DNA from: Candidatus Electrothrix laxa | Lineage (GTDB): Bacteria > Desulfobacterota > Desulfobulbia > Desulfobulbales > Desulfobulbaceae | Assembly: GCA_942492895.1 (NCBI GenBank) | Contig: OW818652.1 | Span: 1,510,637-1,534,636 of the forward strand | Length of the DNA: 24,000 bases | Direction: 5' to 3' | Shown: in pieces, positions 1 through 8,338 of the stretch | How the letters are laid out: each line of letters starts with the position of its first letter | Numbering within the stretch: position 1 is the stretch's first letter | Notes under the pieces: generated by a model | The model's database searches: none | Told to the model about the DNA's origin: nothing | What the model saw: only the letters and a program-made list of their open reading frames with translations | Translations under genes and position numbers: made by a program

Positions 1-111
1 CGATATAGGGCGACGTAGAGCAGGAATTCGGTTAAAAAGGTCATACAACCTCACTAGATCTCTGTTGACAGAAAAAGGACACAAGAAACAGCACCTGCCC
101 CGCTGAAAAAA

Positions 112-1167
112 CTATCTCTTTCCCCCCATCTCCCGATACACCAACAACGGAGACACCAACACCCTCGGATACCGACACGTCCGCACCATCTGCTCAAACC
201 CTTCAAACCCACGAAAGACACTACGAAACCCGCGTTCCACCGCTTCCTTGCTCGATAAATCTCCAGCCAAAAACTCCTGATGGGGATTAAAGGTCGTATC
301 CTCTGGGTTGGGCACCGAGCTGACAATACCGAGCATGGTCAGCTCTTCGGTCGGAATAGAACCGTAGGTGAAGTGAAAGGCAGAGACATCCATATCAAAG
401 AAGTTTTCCTGCTTCAGATGCCCGAAAACCTGCACGGCCATATGTTCTTGGGAAGGATAAATCCGCAGGTTGATGATGCCCGGAATAAAAGTATCAATCC
501 AGGTCTTGAGCCCATCCAGAATCCACTGTTCAACAACTCCGGCCTTGGTGTAGTTTTCCAACAAATCCGCCAACTTTTTCTTCTGTTCCTTGAGTGGAGC
601 CTGCTGGATATTGCGGGCGTTTCTGTCTTTTATCTTTGCGATCTCCGCTTCTCTGGCCTTGATCTGCGCCATAAGCTCTTTGTAGGCGTCCGTGCTTTTC
701 ACTGCCGCCTTATTGCTCTGATTAATAAGGGCCGCAATGTCTGGAAACGAATCAGAAATTTTCTTCATTCGCTCATAATGCTCAATAACGCATCGCCCTG
801 TTACCTTGACACAGAAGGTATTTTTCAAGGTCTTCCTGAAGTCTTTATCCTGTATCTTCTCAGCCATATTCTTTCCCGATAAATCAACAAGATGCCCCTG
901 ACTAACCAGCTCCTCTTCCAGTTCCTGAAACAAGGTGTGGTGAGGCTTGATCTGCTCTTGTGGCCCCTGCCCTTCTTGGGCCGCGCCACCGGAATCGCTT
1001 TTAAATATCTTGAAATCGTATTTTTTCTTATTTTCCGCTGGACTGACGGTTGCATAGGTGGAATCTCCGGCAGAGACAATAGCTCCAGTCAGTTGATTGT
1101 ACACGGAAAGAATTTTCTTGGTGTCCACGTAGAGATAATCGCAGAGAGGCATATTCTTCTTTTTCAT
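112..1167 (-). CDS. Hypothetical protein (351 aa) with a central Lys/Glu/Ala-rich, probably coiled-coil segment; no catalytic motif recognised
   Basis: Long ORF with ATG at 1167..1165 and AAGGA about 8 nt upstream on the - strand. Overlapping + strand ORFs (280..882, 892..1191) look like antisense artefacts. The N-terminus (YLYVDTKKILSVYNQLTG) and C-terminus (RVLVSPLLVYRE) resemble uncharacterised DUF-type proteins I cannot name with certainty. Confidence 0.75.
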   Translation of the reverse strand: MKKKNMPLCDYLYVDTKKILSVYNQLTGAIVSAGDSTYATVSPAENKKKYDFKIFKSDSGGAAQEGQGPQEQIKPHHTLFQELEEELVSQGHLVDLSGKNMAEKIQDKDFRKTLKNTFCVKVTGRCVIEHYERMKKISDSFPDIAALINQSNKAAVKSTDAYKELMAQIKAREAEIAKIKDRNARNIQQAPLKEQKKKLADLLENYTKAGVVEQWILDGLKTWIDTFIPGIINLRIYPSQEHMAVQVFGHLKQENFFDMDVSAFHFTYGSIPTEELTMLGIVSSVPNPEDTTFNPHQEFLAGDLSSKEAVERGFRSVFRGFEGFEQMVRTCRYPRVLVSPLLVYREMGGKR

Positions 1168-1294
1168 TGGGTATCCTTAAAAGGTCGGTGATTTTATGCA
1201 GCGAATTTATGAATCTTTTTACATACCAAAGACCGTATCAGCCTGTCAAGCTGAAGTCAGCAGCTCTTCGTAAAAGACAAAGCACGAGAGAGAC

Positions 1295-1323
1295 TTGACA
1301 CGACTGCAACAGCAAGGTATTTT
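1295..1323 (+). promoter_or_regulatory. Candidate sigma-70 promoter for the DUF1538 operon
   Basis: TTGACA (1295..1300), exactly 17 nt spacer, TATTTT (1318..1323). Lies about 100 nt upstream of the ATG at 1425, in the divergent intergenic region. Confidence 0.4.
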
Positions 1324-1424
1324 TGATTATCAATTTCCTTGCATCATGAGGAAGCTCCATGTCGCACCCCTATATACCTGTACCATTCTGTTTTTACCAG
1401 ACCACAGCAATGTACTGAAAAAAA

Positions 1425-2156
1425 ATGCTCCTGACCTCCCTGAAAAAACTCTGGTCCGCCTTTGCTGACCTGCTGCCCATCATCTTGGTCATCGGCTTTT
1501 TCCAGCTGATTGTCTTGCGGCAACCCCTGCCTAATCTTGCCGAGGTCCTGTTCGGGGGTGCGCTAGTGGTTGTCGGCCTCGCTCTCTTCATTCAGGGCTT
1601 GGAAATGGGTCTTTTTCCCATCGGCGAAAGTCTGGCTCAGGCCTTGGCCCGGAAAGGCAGTCTGCTCTGGCTGTTGGTTTTTGCCTTTGCCTTGGGCTTT
1701 GCCACCACTGTGGCAGAACCTGCCCTCATTGCAGTAGCAGATGAGGCGGCAGAGATCGCTGCTCAGGCTGGCCTGCTGGATTCAGGTGAAAAGGCCATGC
1801 AGCAATATGCGCTGGGACTACGGCTCTCCGTAGCCTTTTCCGTAGGGCTTGCCATCCTCATAGGGGTGTTGCGTATCTTGCGGGGCTGGCCGGTTCATTA
1901 TCTGATCATTGGTGGATATGCCTTGGTCATGCTGATGACCATGATCGCACCCAAGGAAATTATCGGCCTAGCTTATGATGCGGGCGGCGTCACCACCTCC
2001 ACCATCACTGTGCCTCTGGTAGCGGCTCTCGGGGTGGGCTTGGCCTCTATTATTCGGGGCCGTAATCCCATGCTAGACGGCTTCGGCCTTATCGCCTTTG
2101 CCTCCCTCCTGCCCATGATTTTTGTCATGGGCTATGGTTTGCTGGTTTTTCACTGA
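1425..2156 (+). CDS. DUF1538 family polytopic membrane protein, subunit 1
   Basis: 243-aa highly hydrophobic ORF. The motif [26 protein letters not shown]...[15 protein letters not shown] is repeated almost verbatim in the next gene. Architecture and motifs match my recollection of DUF1538. Confidence 0.85.
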   Translation: MLLTSLKKLWSAFADLLPIILVIGFFQLIVLRQPLPNLAEVLFGGALVVVGLALFIQGLEMGLFPIGESLAQALARKGSLLWLLVFAFALGFATTVAEPALIAVADEAAEIAAQAGLLDSGEKAMQQYALGLRLSVAFSVGLAILIGVLRILRGWPVHYLIIGGYALVMLMTMIAPKEIIGLAYDAGGVTTSTITVPLVAALGVGLASIIRGRNPMLDGFGLIAFASLLPMIFVMGYGLLVFH

Positions 2157-2168
2157 GAGGGATCGCCT

Positions 2169-2978
2169 ATGGATTTTTTAGCAGATTTTGCAGACATTCT
2201 CCTTCTCACCCTGCGGGATGTCACCCCGATTGTCGGTTTGATTATCGGTTTCCAGCTTCTGGTCATCCGACAACCTGTTCCTCAGCCCAAACGACTCATT
2301 CTCGGCGGAATATATGTGGTGCTCGGCCTGTCCCTCTTTCTCATCGGCCTAGAAAAAGCCCTGTTTCCTTTGGGAAGAATGATGGCGACCCAGCTTTCCG
2401 ACTCGCAGTTTCTCTACGGTTTAGAGACCATGCCAGCAACACCGGACTGGCTGGCCTATGGCTGGATTTATCTTTTCGCCGCCATGATCGGCTTTGCCAC
2501 CACCATAGCTGAACCCTCATTGATCGCGGTTGCCTATAAGGCCAACGAAGTCTCCGGCGGAACCATCAGCCAATGGGGATTACGCATCACTGTAGCGGTC
2601 GGCGTAGCCTTTGGCATCAGCTTGGGCACCTTCCGTATTGTCAGCGGCACTCCGCTGTACATGTATATTCTGACTGGTTATGTCATTGTCATTATTCAGA
2701 CCGTCTTTGCCCCGAAAAATATTATCCCCCTGGCCTATGACTCGGGCGGAGTAACCACCTCCACAGTGACTGTGCCCTTGGTCGCCGCTCTGGGGCTGGG
2801 GCTGGCCTCCACGGTACCGGGTCGTAATCCTGCCCTGGATGGCTTTGGGCTGATCGCCTTTGCCAGCCTGTGTCCGATCATCACAGTACTCGGTTATGCC
2901 CAATTCGGACAGTGGATGACCGCAAGGCGAAGAAAGAAAGAAAATAAGGAGAATAAGGAGAACGAACATGCTGTTTAA
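2169..2978 (+). CDS. DUF1538 family polytopic membrane protein, subunit 2 (paralog of the previous gene), with a Lys/Glu/Asn-rich C-terminal tail
   Basis: 269-aa ORF starting 12 nt after the previous stop. Carries the paralogous motif [26 protein letters not shown]...[15 protein letters not shown]. The tail RRRKKENKENKENEHAV is encoded by a tandem 9-nt repeat. Confidence 0.85.
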   Translation: MDFLADFADILLLTLRDVTPIVGLIIGFQLLVIRQPVPQPKRLILGGIYVVLGLSLFLIGLEKALFPLGRMMATQLSDSQFLYGLETMPATPDWLAYGWIYLFAAMIGFATTIAEPSLIAVAYKANEVSGGTISQWGLRITVAVGVAFGISLGTFRIVSGTPLYMYILTGYVIVIIQTVFAPKNIIPLAYDSGGVTTSTVTVPLVAALGLGLASTVPGRNPALDGFGLIAFASLCPIITVLGYAQFGQWMTARRRKKENKENKENEHAV

Positions 2979-3315
2979 AACGATTATCGCCTCGGTAAAA
3001 CCGGACCACACGGACAAGGTGGTGGATGCGGCCAAGGAAGCTGGGGCCACCGGGGCCACTATCCTTTCGGGTCGGGGCACAGGCTGTCACGAGGCCAAAA
3101 CCTTTTTCGGGCTGACCTTGGAACCGCAGACTGATATCATCATGATGCTGATTGAGGAGCATCTAGTCCAAGGAATTTTGGATGCCATTGTCGAAGCTGG
3201 AGAATTTAAAAAACCCGGAACAGGCATGGCCTTTGTTCTGCCTGTGGAACAGGTTGTGGGACTGGATAGCCAGCTGAGTATCATTAAGGAAAAAATACAG
3301 GATCAGTATTTTTAG
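2968..3315 (+). CDS. PII (GlnB)-like signal-transduction protein with a short T-loop, of the type associated with DUF1538 genes
   Basis: 115 aa. The pattern MLFKTIIASVKPDHTDKVVDAAKEAGATGATILSGRGTG... is a beta-alpha-beta PII-like layout. The ATG overlaps the upstream gene by 11 nt, with AAGGAG 7 nt upstream. Confidence 0.8.
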   Translation: MLFKTIIASVKPDHTDKVVDAAKEAGATGATILSGRGTGCHEAKTFFGLTLEPQTDIIMMLIEEHLVQGILDAIVEAGEFKKPGTGMAFVLPVEQVVGLDSQLSIIKEKIQDQYF

Positions 3316-3362
3316 AAACAACGCCAATAAACAACGTTGAGAAATAAAGAAGAGAGAAAATC

Positions 3363-3764
3363 ATGGCAACTGAAGGAGCAATCATTCGAGCACGGGATGT
3401 AATGCGGACAAAACTGGTCACCATTGACGGGATGGCCACGGTCAGTGAAGCAGTAGATAAGATGCGGGCCGAACATCACACCCACCTGCTGGTGGAAAAA
3501 AGGAATGCCGATGACGCCTGGGCCATTATTTCTATCCGGGATCTGGTGGAAGGCGTACTGGTCCCGGAGCGATCAGCAAAAGATGTCAATGTCTTTGAAG
3601 TGATGACCAAGCCAGTCATCACGGTACCACCGGATATGGATATTCGCTATGTGGCCCGATTGCTCCATAATGCCGGTCTGAGCAGGGTTCCAGTAGAGGA
3701 AAACGGCGAGCTGATCGGCATTATTTCCCTTTCCACACTGATCTTGCATGAATCGATTTTCTGA
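3363..3764 (+). CDS. CBS-domain pair protein (133 aa)
   Basis: Two CBS-like halves: ARDVMRTKLVTIDGMATVSEAVDKM... and VFEVMTKPVITVPPDMDIRYVARLLHNAGLSRVPVEENGELIGIISLSTL. A purine-rich leader (agaagagagaaaatc) precedes the ATG. Confidence 0.85.
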   Translation: MATEGAIIRARDVMRTKLVTIDGMATVSEAVDKMRAEHHTHLLVEKRNADDAWAIISIRDLVEGVLVPERSAKDVNVFEVMTKPVITVPPDMDIRYVARLLHNAGLSRVPVEENGELIGIISLSTLILHESIF

Positions 3765-3796
3765 TTATTTTTTACAGGGGCTGCAGGGAGCACTCC

Positions 3797-4705
3797 TTAC
3801 CCCGGCTTCCCAAAAATTTTCGGGACCGTATAGGGAACCTGAAGATACTCCAGCACCTTTCCTGTCTTGTGGTAATTATGCTGATGGAGGAGCCGGGAGA
3901 AATTAAAGGATATCCCAAAATAAACGCGGCGTTCCTTCTCCACTTCAGATGTGTCATACCCCTGGGTACAGTATCCTGCATGCAGTTCCGCCCATTGCAG
4001 CCAGGAATGCTGTAGCTGATCAAAACCATCAAGTTTTACAACTAAGGCATAGTACATATTCGAATAATCATCAAAAATCCCCTGCACAGGAACATTCAAG
4101 GCATATTCAACACGAAAATCTATCTTGCGATCCAGTTCTGGATACTGCTCCATGAACATGCTGGTTAATGCCCCCAGCGTATTCATGGTCATATCGCCCC
4201 AGTCAAATCCCTGGGTTTCGCTGGTTCCATCATCAAGCTCCATAATTGTCTGCACGGCCCAAGACGAAAACACGCCGTAGCGGCCAGCTACTTTTCTGTC
4301 ATAGCCCCAATGCTTGTACAGACCAGTAAAGGCATCGGCAAGGGCATACGTCGACCAAAAATGACCGGCTTTATCCGCGCCGCCATATTTTGAATCCTTT
4401 TCAAACCAGCCTTCATCGGCAAAATGAAAACCGTCTGAGCCGTAATCCCAATCAGCGAACCCATACAAGGTAATAAAGGTAACTGCGGAGATATTTGCGT
4501 ACAAGGCCTTTTTCTCCTTAGGAAGCTCATCCCACCAGCCACCCTCACGGTCGTCATGCGTTCCCTTGCCTGCTTGGTCAGAATGAGTAACATCCTGTGG
4601 AGCATTCTGTGGAGTATTTTGTAAATTTTCACTGCATGCCGGAGAGGTTAAAGCCTCCGTGACAGCGAAGAAGAGAATAAGAATATTGAAGAGATACTTT
4701 TTCAT
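3797..4705 (-). CDS. Secreted or lipoprotein-like envelope protein (302 aa), possibly DUF2279/YfiM-like or PagL-like
   Basis: N-terminal signal peptide MKKYLFNILILFFAVTEALTSPAC with an imperfect lipobox. The motif GGADKAGHFWSTYALADAF resembles the DK-x-x-H-F signature I associate with DUF2279. The C-terminal half alternates hydrophobic and polar residues, which suggests a beta-rich fold. Confidence 0.7.
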   Translation of the reverse strand: MKKYLFNILILFFAVTEALTSPACSENLQNTPQNAPQDVTHSDQAGKGTHDDREGGWWDELPKEKKALYANISAVTFITLYGFADWDYGSDGFHFADEGWFEKDSKYGGADKAGHFWSTYALADAFTGLYKHWGYDRKVAGRYGVFSSWAVQTIMELDDGTSETQGFDWGDMTMNTLGALTSMFMEQYPELDRKIDFRVEYALNVPVQGIFDDYSNMYYALVVKLDGFDQLQHSWLQWAELHAGYCTQGYDTSEVEKERRVYFGISFNFSRLLHQHNYHKTGKVLEYLQVPYTVPKIFGKPG

Positions 4706-5100
4706 TGATCAGCTCAGAGAAGGAGGTGGTACACGACCCCGTCCCGTGTAGAGGTACGGAGGACTTCATAATTTGAGGCAATAGCACGACAGCATCTATC
4801 CCCGTTTATATATCACCCTTCCATAAAAGACAAAATTTTTCGTATCAATCGCACGTAACCGAAGAAGAAATCTTCTGGAGAAGCTGATTACATTCAGAGC
4901 AATACATACAACATCAACGCGATAAACAAGAGAACTCCATAAGCAGAGTCAACATATTTTGGAGGAGAAAAACCGACTGATAGATTGCGCTGACAGAACG
5001 ATTCAGCTATGATGTGCTGAGGCAGGAAACCAAAATTCTCCGGCAAGATCTATACGGGACCGCAACACATCCTGCAAGAGTTCTCAAGATTACTCTGAAT

Positions 5101-6336
5101 ATGAACAACATACTCGTATTTCAACATCTCAAAAAAGCATTTCTGGTTGCTCTCTGGTTCTGTTTTCTCACCTTTCCCATCATGGTTATCAAGGTGAACC
5201 CCTACGAAGAAACCGTTGTCTGGCGTTGGCAAAATATGCTCTATGTAGGGCTGTCCAGTTTTGTTCTGTACCTGTTGAGCCGAGCCTTTCTGGGCTGGAA
5301 GGTAGCGCAGGAAGAAAAGAAAAAAATACGCGGGGTTCCGAAAAATACCCCGGAAAAAGAAAAAAAGAATTGGCAGCACATCCTGCTTAACGAACCAAAA
5401 GTATTTTTACCGGTTCTTGGAGTGCTTTTGCTGATTCTTTCTACTTTTCCGCTGTACCTTTCCACCTATCAGATCAACATCATGATCACAGCCCTGATGT
5501 ACGTAGTCTTGGGGCTGGGCCTCAACATCGTTGTCGGGGTGGCAGGTCTGCTTGATCTGGGCTATGTGGCCTTTTATGCGGTCGGGGCTTATACCTATGC
5601 CCTGCTCAACCTCCATTTTGGGATCGGCTTCTGGACAGCCCTGCCCATCGGCGGGTTGCTGGCTGCCTGTTTCGGCATTTTGCTCGGCTTTCCGGTGCTG
5701 CGTTTGCGAGGCGACTATCTGGCTATTGTCACCTTGGGTTTCGGAGAAATTATCCGCTTGGTGCTAGAAAACTGGTCCGATTTTTCCCAAGGTCCTAGCG
5801 GAATATCCAATATCCCTAGGCCCGGCTTATTCGGCATGGAGATGACGCTTGATCAATCTATTAGCTATCTCTATTATCTGATGATCGCCCTGGTGATTTT
5901 TACCGTTTTCATGGTGAACCGGCTGCAAAATTCCCGGATCGGTCGCGCCTGGTTTGCCCTGCGGGAAGATGAGATTGCCTGCCAGGCTATGGGGATCGAT
6001 AAAACCAAAACCAAGTTAACTGCTTTTTCCCTGGGTGCCTTTTGGGCGGGCATGGTCGGGGTAATATTTGCCGCCAAAACGACCTTTGTTAATCCTTCTT
6101 CCTTTACCTTTCTCGAATCCGCTATTATCCTCTGCATTGTGGTGCTGGGCGGTATGGGCTCTATTATCGGAGTGATCATTGCTGCTTTAGTCCTGATGCT
6201 GCTGCCGGAATACCTGCGGGCCTTTGCCGATTATCGCATGTTGGTCTTCGGAGCGACCTTGGTTATCATGATGGTCTTTCGGCCCAAGGGGCTGATCTCC
6301 ACCGTGCGGCGGACGTACAGGAGAAACACCCTATGA
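5101..6336 (+). CDS. livM: Branched-chain amino acid ABC transporter permease LivM
   Basis: Near-identical blocks to E. coli LivM as I recall it: LGLNIVVGVAGLLDLGYVAFYAVGAY, GFPVLRLRGDYLAIVTLGFGEIIR, GRAWFALREDEIAC, VLGGMGS. The ORF opens at GTG 5014; I prefer ATG 5101 (MNNILVF...), but no clear SD supports either, so the start is uncertain. Confidence 0.9.
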   Translation: MNNILVFQHLKKAFLVALWFCFLTFPIMVIKVNPYEETVVWRWQNMLYVGLSSFVLYLLSRAFLGWKVAQEEKKKIRGVPKNTPEKEKKNWQHILLNEPKVFLPVLGVLLLILSTFPLYLSTYQINIMITALMYVVLGLGLNIVVGVAGLLDLGYVAFYAVGAYTYALLNLHFGIGFWTALPIGGLLAACFGILLGFPVLRLRGDYLAIVTLGFGEIIRLVLENWSDFSQGPSGISNIPRPGLFGMEMTLDQSISYLYYLMIALVIFTVFMVNRLQNSRIGRAWFALREDEIACQAMGIDKTKTKLTAFSLGAFWAGMVGVIFAAKTTFVNPSSFTFLESAIILCIVVLGGMGSIIGVIIAALVLMLLPEYLRAFADYRMLVFGATLVIMMVFRPKGLISTVRRTYRRNTL

Positions 6337-6959
6337 AGTCGTTTTCAAAATGGACGATTGAAGAGGTGGAAGAAACTTTTCATATTGTTCAGCAAAAACA
6401 GGACCAACAGCTTGAACAGTGGATGAGCCCGGTTCCTGCTCCTTCAGATATCGAAAAGCAGCAATTGCAGCTGCTTCAGGAAAAATTGCTGGATAACGTA
6501 TGGGACTGGAATGAAGAGGAACTCAAGGTTTATTTCATTATTCCGCTTCTTGAGCTGATTCGTTTTGAGGAAACAGACTGCAAACCCTTTCTTTCCCGAG
6601 AACTTACGATGATCGTTGAAGACGACACTGTCTCCGGTATTGTCGCTTTCATGGTGGCCTCTGGAAGACGTTCTCCAAAAAAACCGTATTTTTTTATCCA
6701 TGAATACAAGAAAGAACATGATTCCTCAAACGACCCCCTCGGTCAGCTGATGATCGAAATGGTCACGGCCCGGCATCTGAATGCTGACAGTCATCCTGTG
6801 TACGGGGCCTATGTTATGGGGCGTTATTGGCATTTTGTCGTGCTCCATGAACAATGCTATGCTGTCCATACTGGGCTTAATGCTGCCAATGAAGAACTGC
6901 TGCATATCTTTGGTGTGCTCCAAAACAGCAAGGAAATTATCGGAGAGTGGAGTCGGTAA
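6333..6959 (+). CDS. PD-(D/E)XK-like (HsdR N-terminal-like) small protein, 208 aa
   Basis: The core WNEEELKVYFIIPLLELIRF ... SGIVAFMVA ... PYFFIHEYKK ... QLMIEMVTA ... YGAYVMGRYWHFVVL matches the layout of restriction-endonuclease-like HsdR_N domain proteins: helix, strand with D, hydrophobic-E-x-K, then G-x-x-W-x-F. AGGAG lies 9 nt upstream and the ATG overlaps the livM stop. Confidence 0.65.
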   Translation: MKSFSKWTIEEVEETFHIVQQKQDQQLEQWMSPVPAPSDIEKQQLQLLQEKLLDNVWDWNEEELKVYFIIPLLELIRFEETDCKPFLSRELTMIVEDDTVSGIVAFMVASGRRSPKKPYFFIHEYKKEHDSSNDPLGQLMIEMVTARHLNADSHPVYGAYVMGRYWHFVVLHEQCYAVHTGLNAANEELLHIFGVLQNSKEIIGEWSR

Positions 6960-7149
6960 TGCCCTTGCGCTTCAAGCGGGAGTTTGGGTACAGGAGCAAT
7001 TGCAGAACTTACAGGGTTGGTGAAGAGCTTAAGAGGTTGCAACAGGAGCAGGGTCTGATAAAAGGGTGAATCGGCCTCGTTGCCGGTTTAGCTATATTCA
7101 GCAACTGGGAAGATGTGAGCATGCAAACTCTCTTTTTCAATGAGTTATT

Positions 7150-8151
7150 ATGACATTAGTTGCGGCATTTAGTGCCAACGGTATACCAGCCTTAATTGGT
7201 GATATAGCTCTCACAAGAGATGCAATACGCTCTTTAAGAAAAAAAGCATATATCATCACGCAAAATCTGGCTATTGCATGGACAGGTCACGCTATTGTTG
7301 CCAAATTGGTTGTCTCCGAGATGAGAGAAGCCTTTTCGGCATTGCATCCAACGAAAGTAGATGTTGAACGTTTTTTTACCCGATATCAAGTCGAAGATTT
7401 CGGGGCGTTACACACTAACTTTATAGGATGGCTAGTTGACGATGAGGCTCATTGCTTTCGATGGAATTGCCTTTTTCCAAATGAGGTGTTCTATGAAACA
7501 AGCTTTACTGATGGTTCTGGAGAGGAATATTTGAAAAACCTACGGAGAGAGCGAGAGCAATGGGAGAAGGGAGGTTCTGGATTACCCTCTGAAGAGCAAA
7601 CTGTTCTATCTCTTATCAACGAAGTAGCGCATGCGCGATTCAGAGAAACTCTTGACAAGAATACTTGGGACATAAGTTTTGGCGGATCTTATGATATTAT
7701 TGTGTACCTAGCAGGCCGGTTTCGCTATGTTAGGTCAGTGATTTATATTGGTTGGGATTACCATTGGAACTCCAATACAGGAACTGGAAAATTACAACAA
7801 GCACCTCTGCTTATAAAGCATAATTGCATGGGTGAGTTTTCGGTTATTCAAGAGGCGTTGCATGGTTCTTATTACAATGGGAAAACGACTAACTACTTAA
7901 GTCGTCCAGTCTATGACAATATGGATCAAGCTGATCTTTCTCAATTTCCTCTAACCATTGATTCAGATTACTACGCAAACTATTTTATCTTTCGCGAAAA
8001 TGGCAAGGTGCCTTTCAAGATACTGCTGACTGTTCAAAAGATAACCAAGGAAGGACCACTAAGGATGAAAAGGAAGGATGGTGCCTATTTTTTGCATTAC
8101 GATACCAACTTACTTGATGATATCTATAGAAAACATACGACGGCCTGTTAA
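7150..8151 (+). CDS. HslV/proteasome-beta-like Ntn-hydrolase domain (about residues 1-195) fused to an uncharacterised C-terminal domain of about 140 aa
   Basis: Starts Met-Thr (MTLVAAFSANGIPALIGDIALT...). In Thr1 numbering it has N9-G10, G16-D17, K30-K31 followed by a hydrophobic strand and AWTG, D120-G121-S122-G123, and later FGGSYDIIVYLAGRF. E. coli HslV as I recall it has T1, N9-G10, G16-D17, K32-K33, G123-S124-G125. The gene is visibly A+T-rich. Confidence 0.6.
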   Translation: MTLVAAFSANGIPALIGDIALTRDAIRSLRKKAYIITQNLAIAWTGHAIVAKLVVSEMREAFSALHPTKVDVERFFTRYQVEDFGALHTNFIGWLVDDEAHCFRWNCLFPNEVFYETSFTDGSGEEYLKNLRREREQWEKGGSGLPSEEQTVLSLINEVAHARFRETLDKNTWDISFGGSYDIIVYLAGRFRYVRSVIYIGWDYHWNSNTGTGKLQQAPLLIKHNCMGEFSVIQEALHGSYYNGKTTNYLSRPVYDNMDQADLSQFPLTIDSDYYANYFIFRENGKVPFKILLTVQKITKEGPLRMKRKDGAYFLHYDTNLLDDIYRKHTTAC

Positions 8152-8338
8152 ACAACTTCTGTCGATTCTTATCCGCCTATCCACCTAAAAAAACAAAATA
8201 ATACCTGCTCGTAACCAACAACCTCAACCTCACACAACATCATGAGCAAAATGGCGGAAGCCGGATAGGGCCACCCTCTCAGTAGAAGAAAGGAACCCGA
8301 AGCCCTCGGTAACGGATCAAAACTATACTTGTCACCTT

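Noticed and set aside
1-44. Possible start of another - strand gene (ATG at 44..42, GAGG 5 nt upstream, reading MTFLTEFLLYVALY... off the window)
   Set aside because: Only 14 codons are visible, which is too little to call a CDS. It is mentioned only as context for the first gene.
280-1191. + strand ORFs 280..882 and 892..1191, and - strand ORFs 54..326 and 825..1079
   Set aside because: They overlap the 351-aa - strand gene, which has a proper SD and start. They have no start context and odd composition, so they are treated as frame artefacts.
5014-5100. Upstream extensions offered by the ORF track: livM GTG 5014, miaB 10689, the fdx ORF extending to 17113, cbiM 17356, NikL-like 18015, HAD TTG 12123, regulator TTG 13045, Cys-rich GTG 15422
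   Set aside because: In each case an internal ATG gives the canonical family N-terminus (for example MHISEG for CbiM, VYIKTFGCQMN for MiaB) and/or has a better-placed SD. The extensions overlap upstream genes or intergenic signals.
6958-7068. 36-codon basic ORF (MPLRFKREFGYRSNCRTYRVGEELKRLQQEQGLIKG) overlapping the stop of the 208-aa gene (TAATG)
   Set aside because: The leucine-zipper-like ELKRLQQEQ stretch hints at an IS3 OrfA-type remnant. The ORF is too short and there are no flanking inverted repeats, so this stays speculation.
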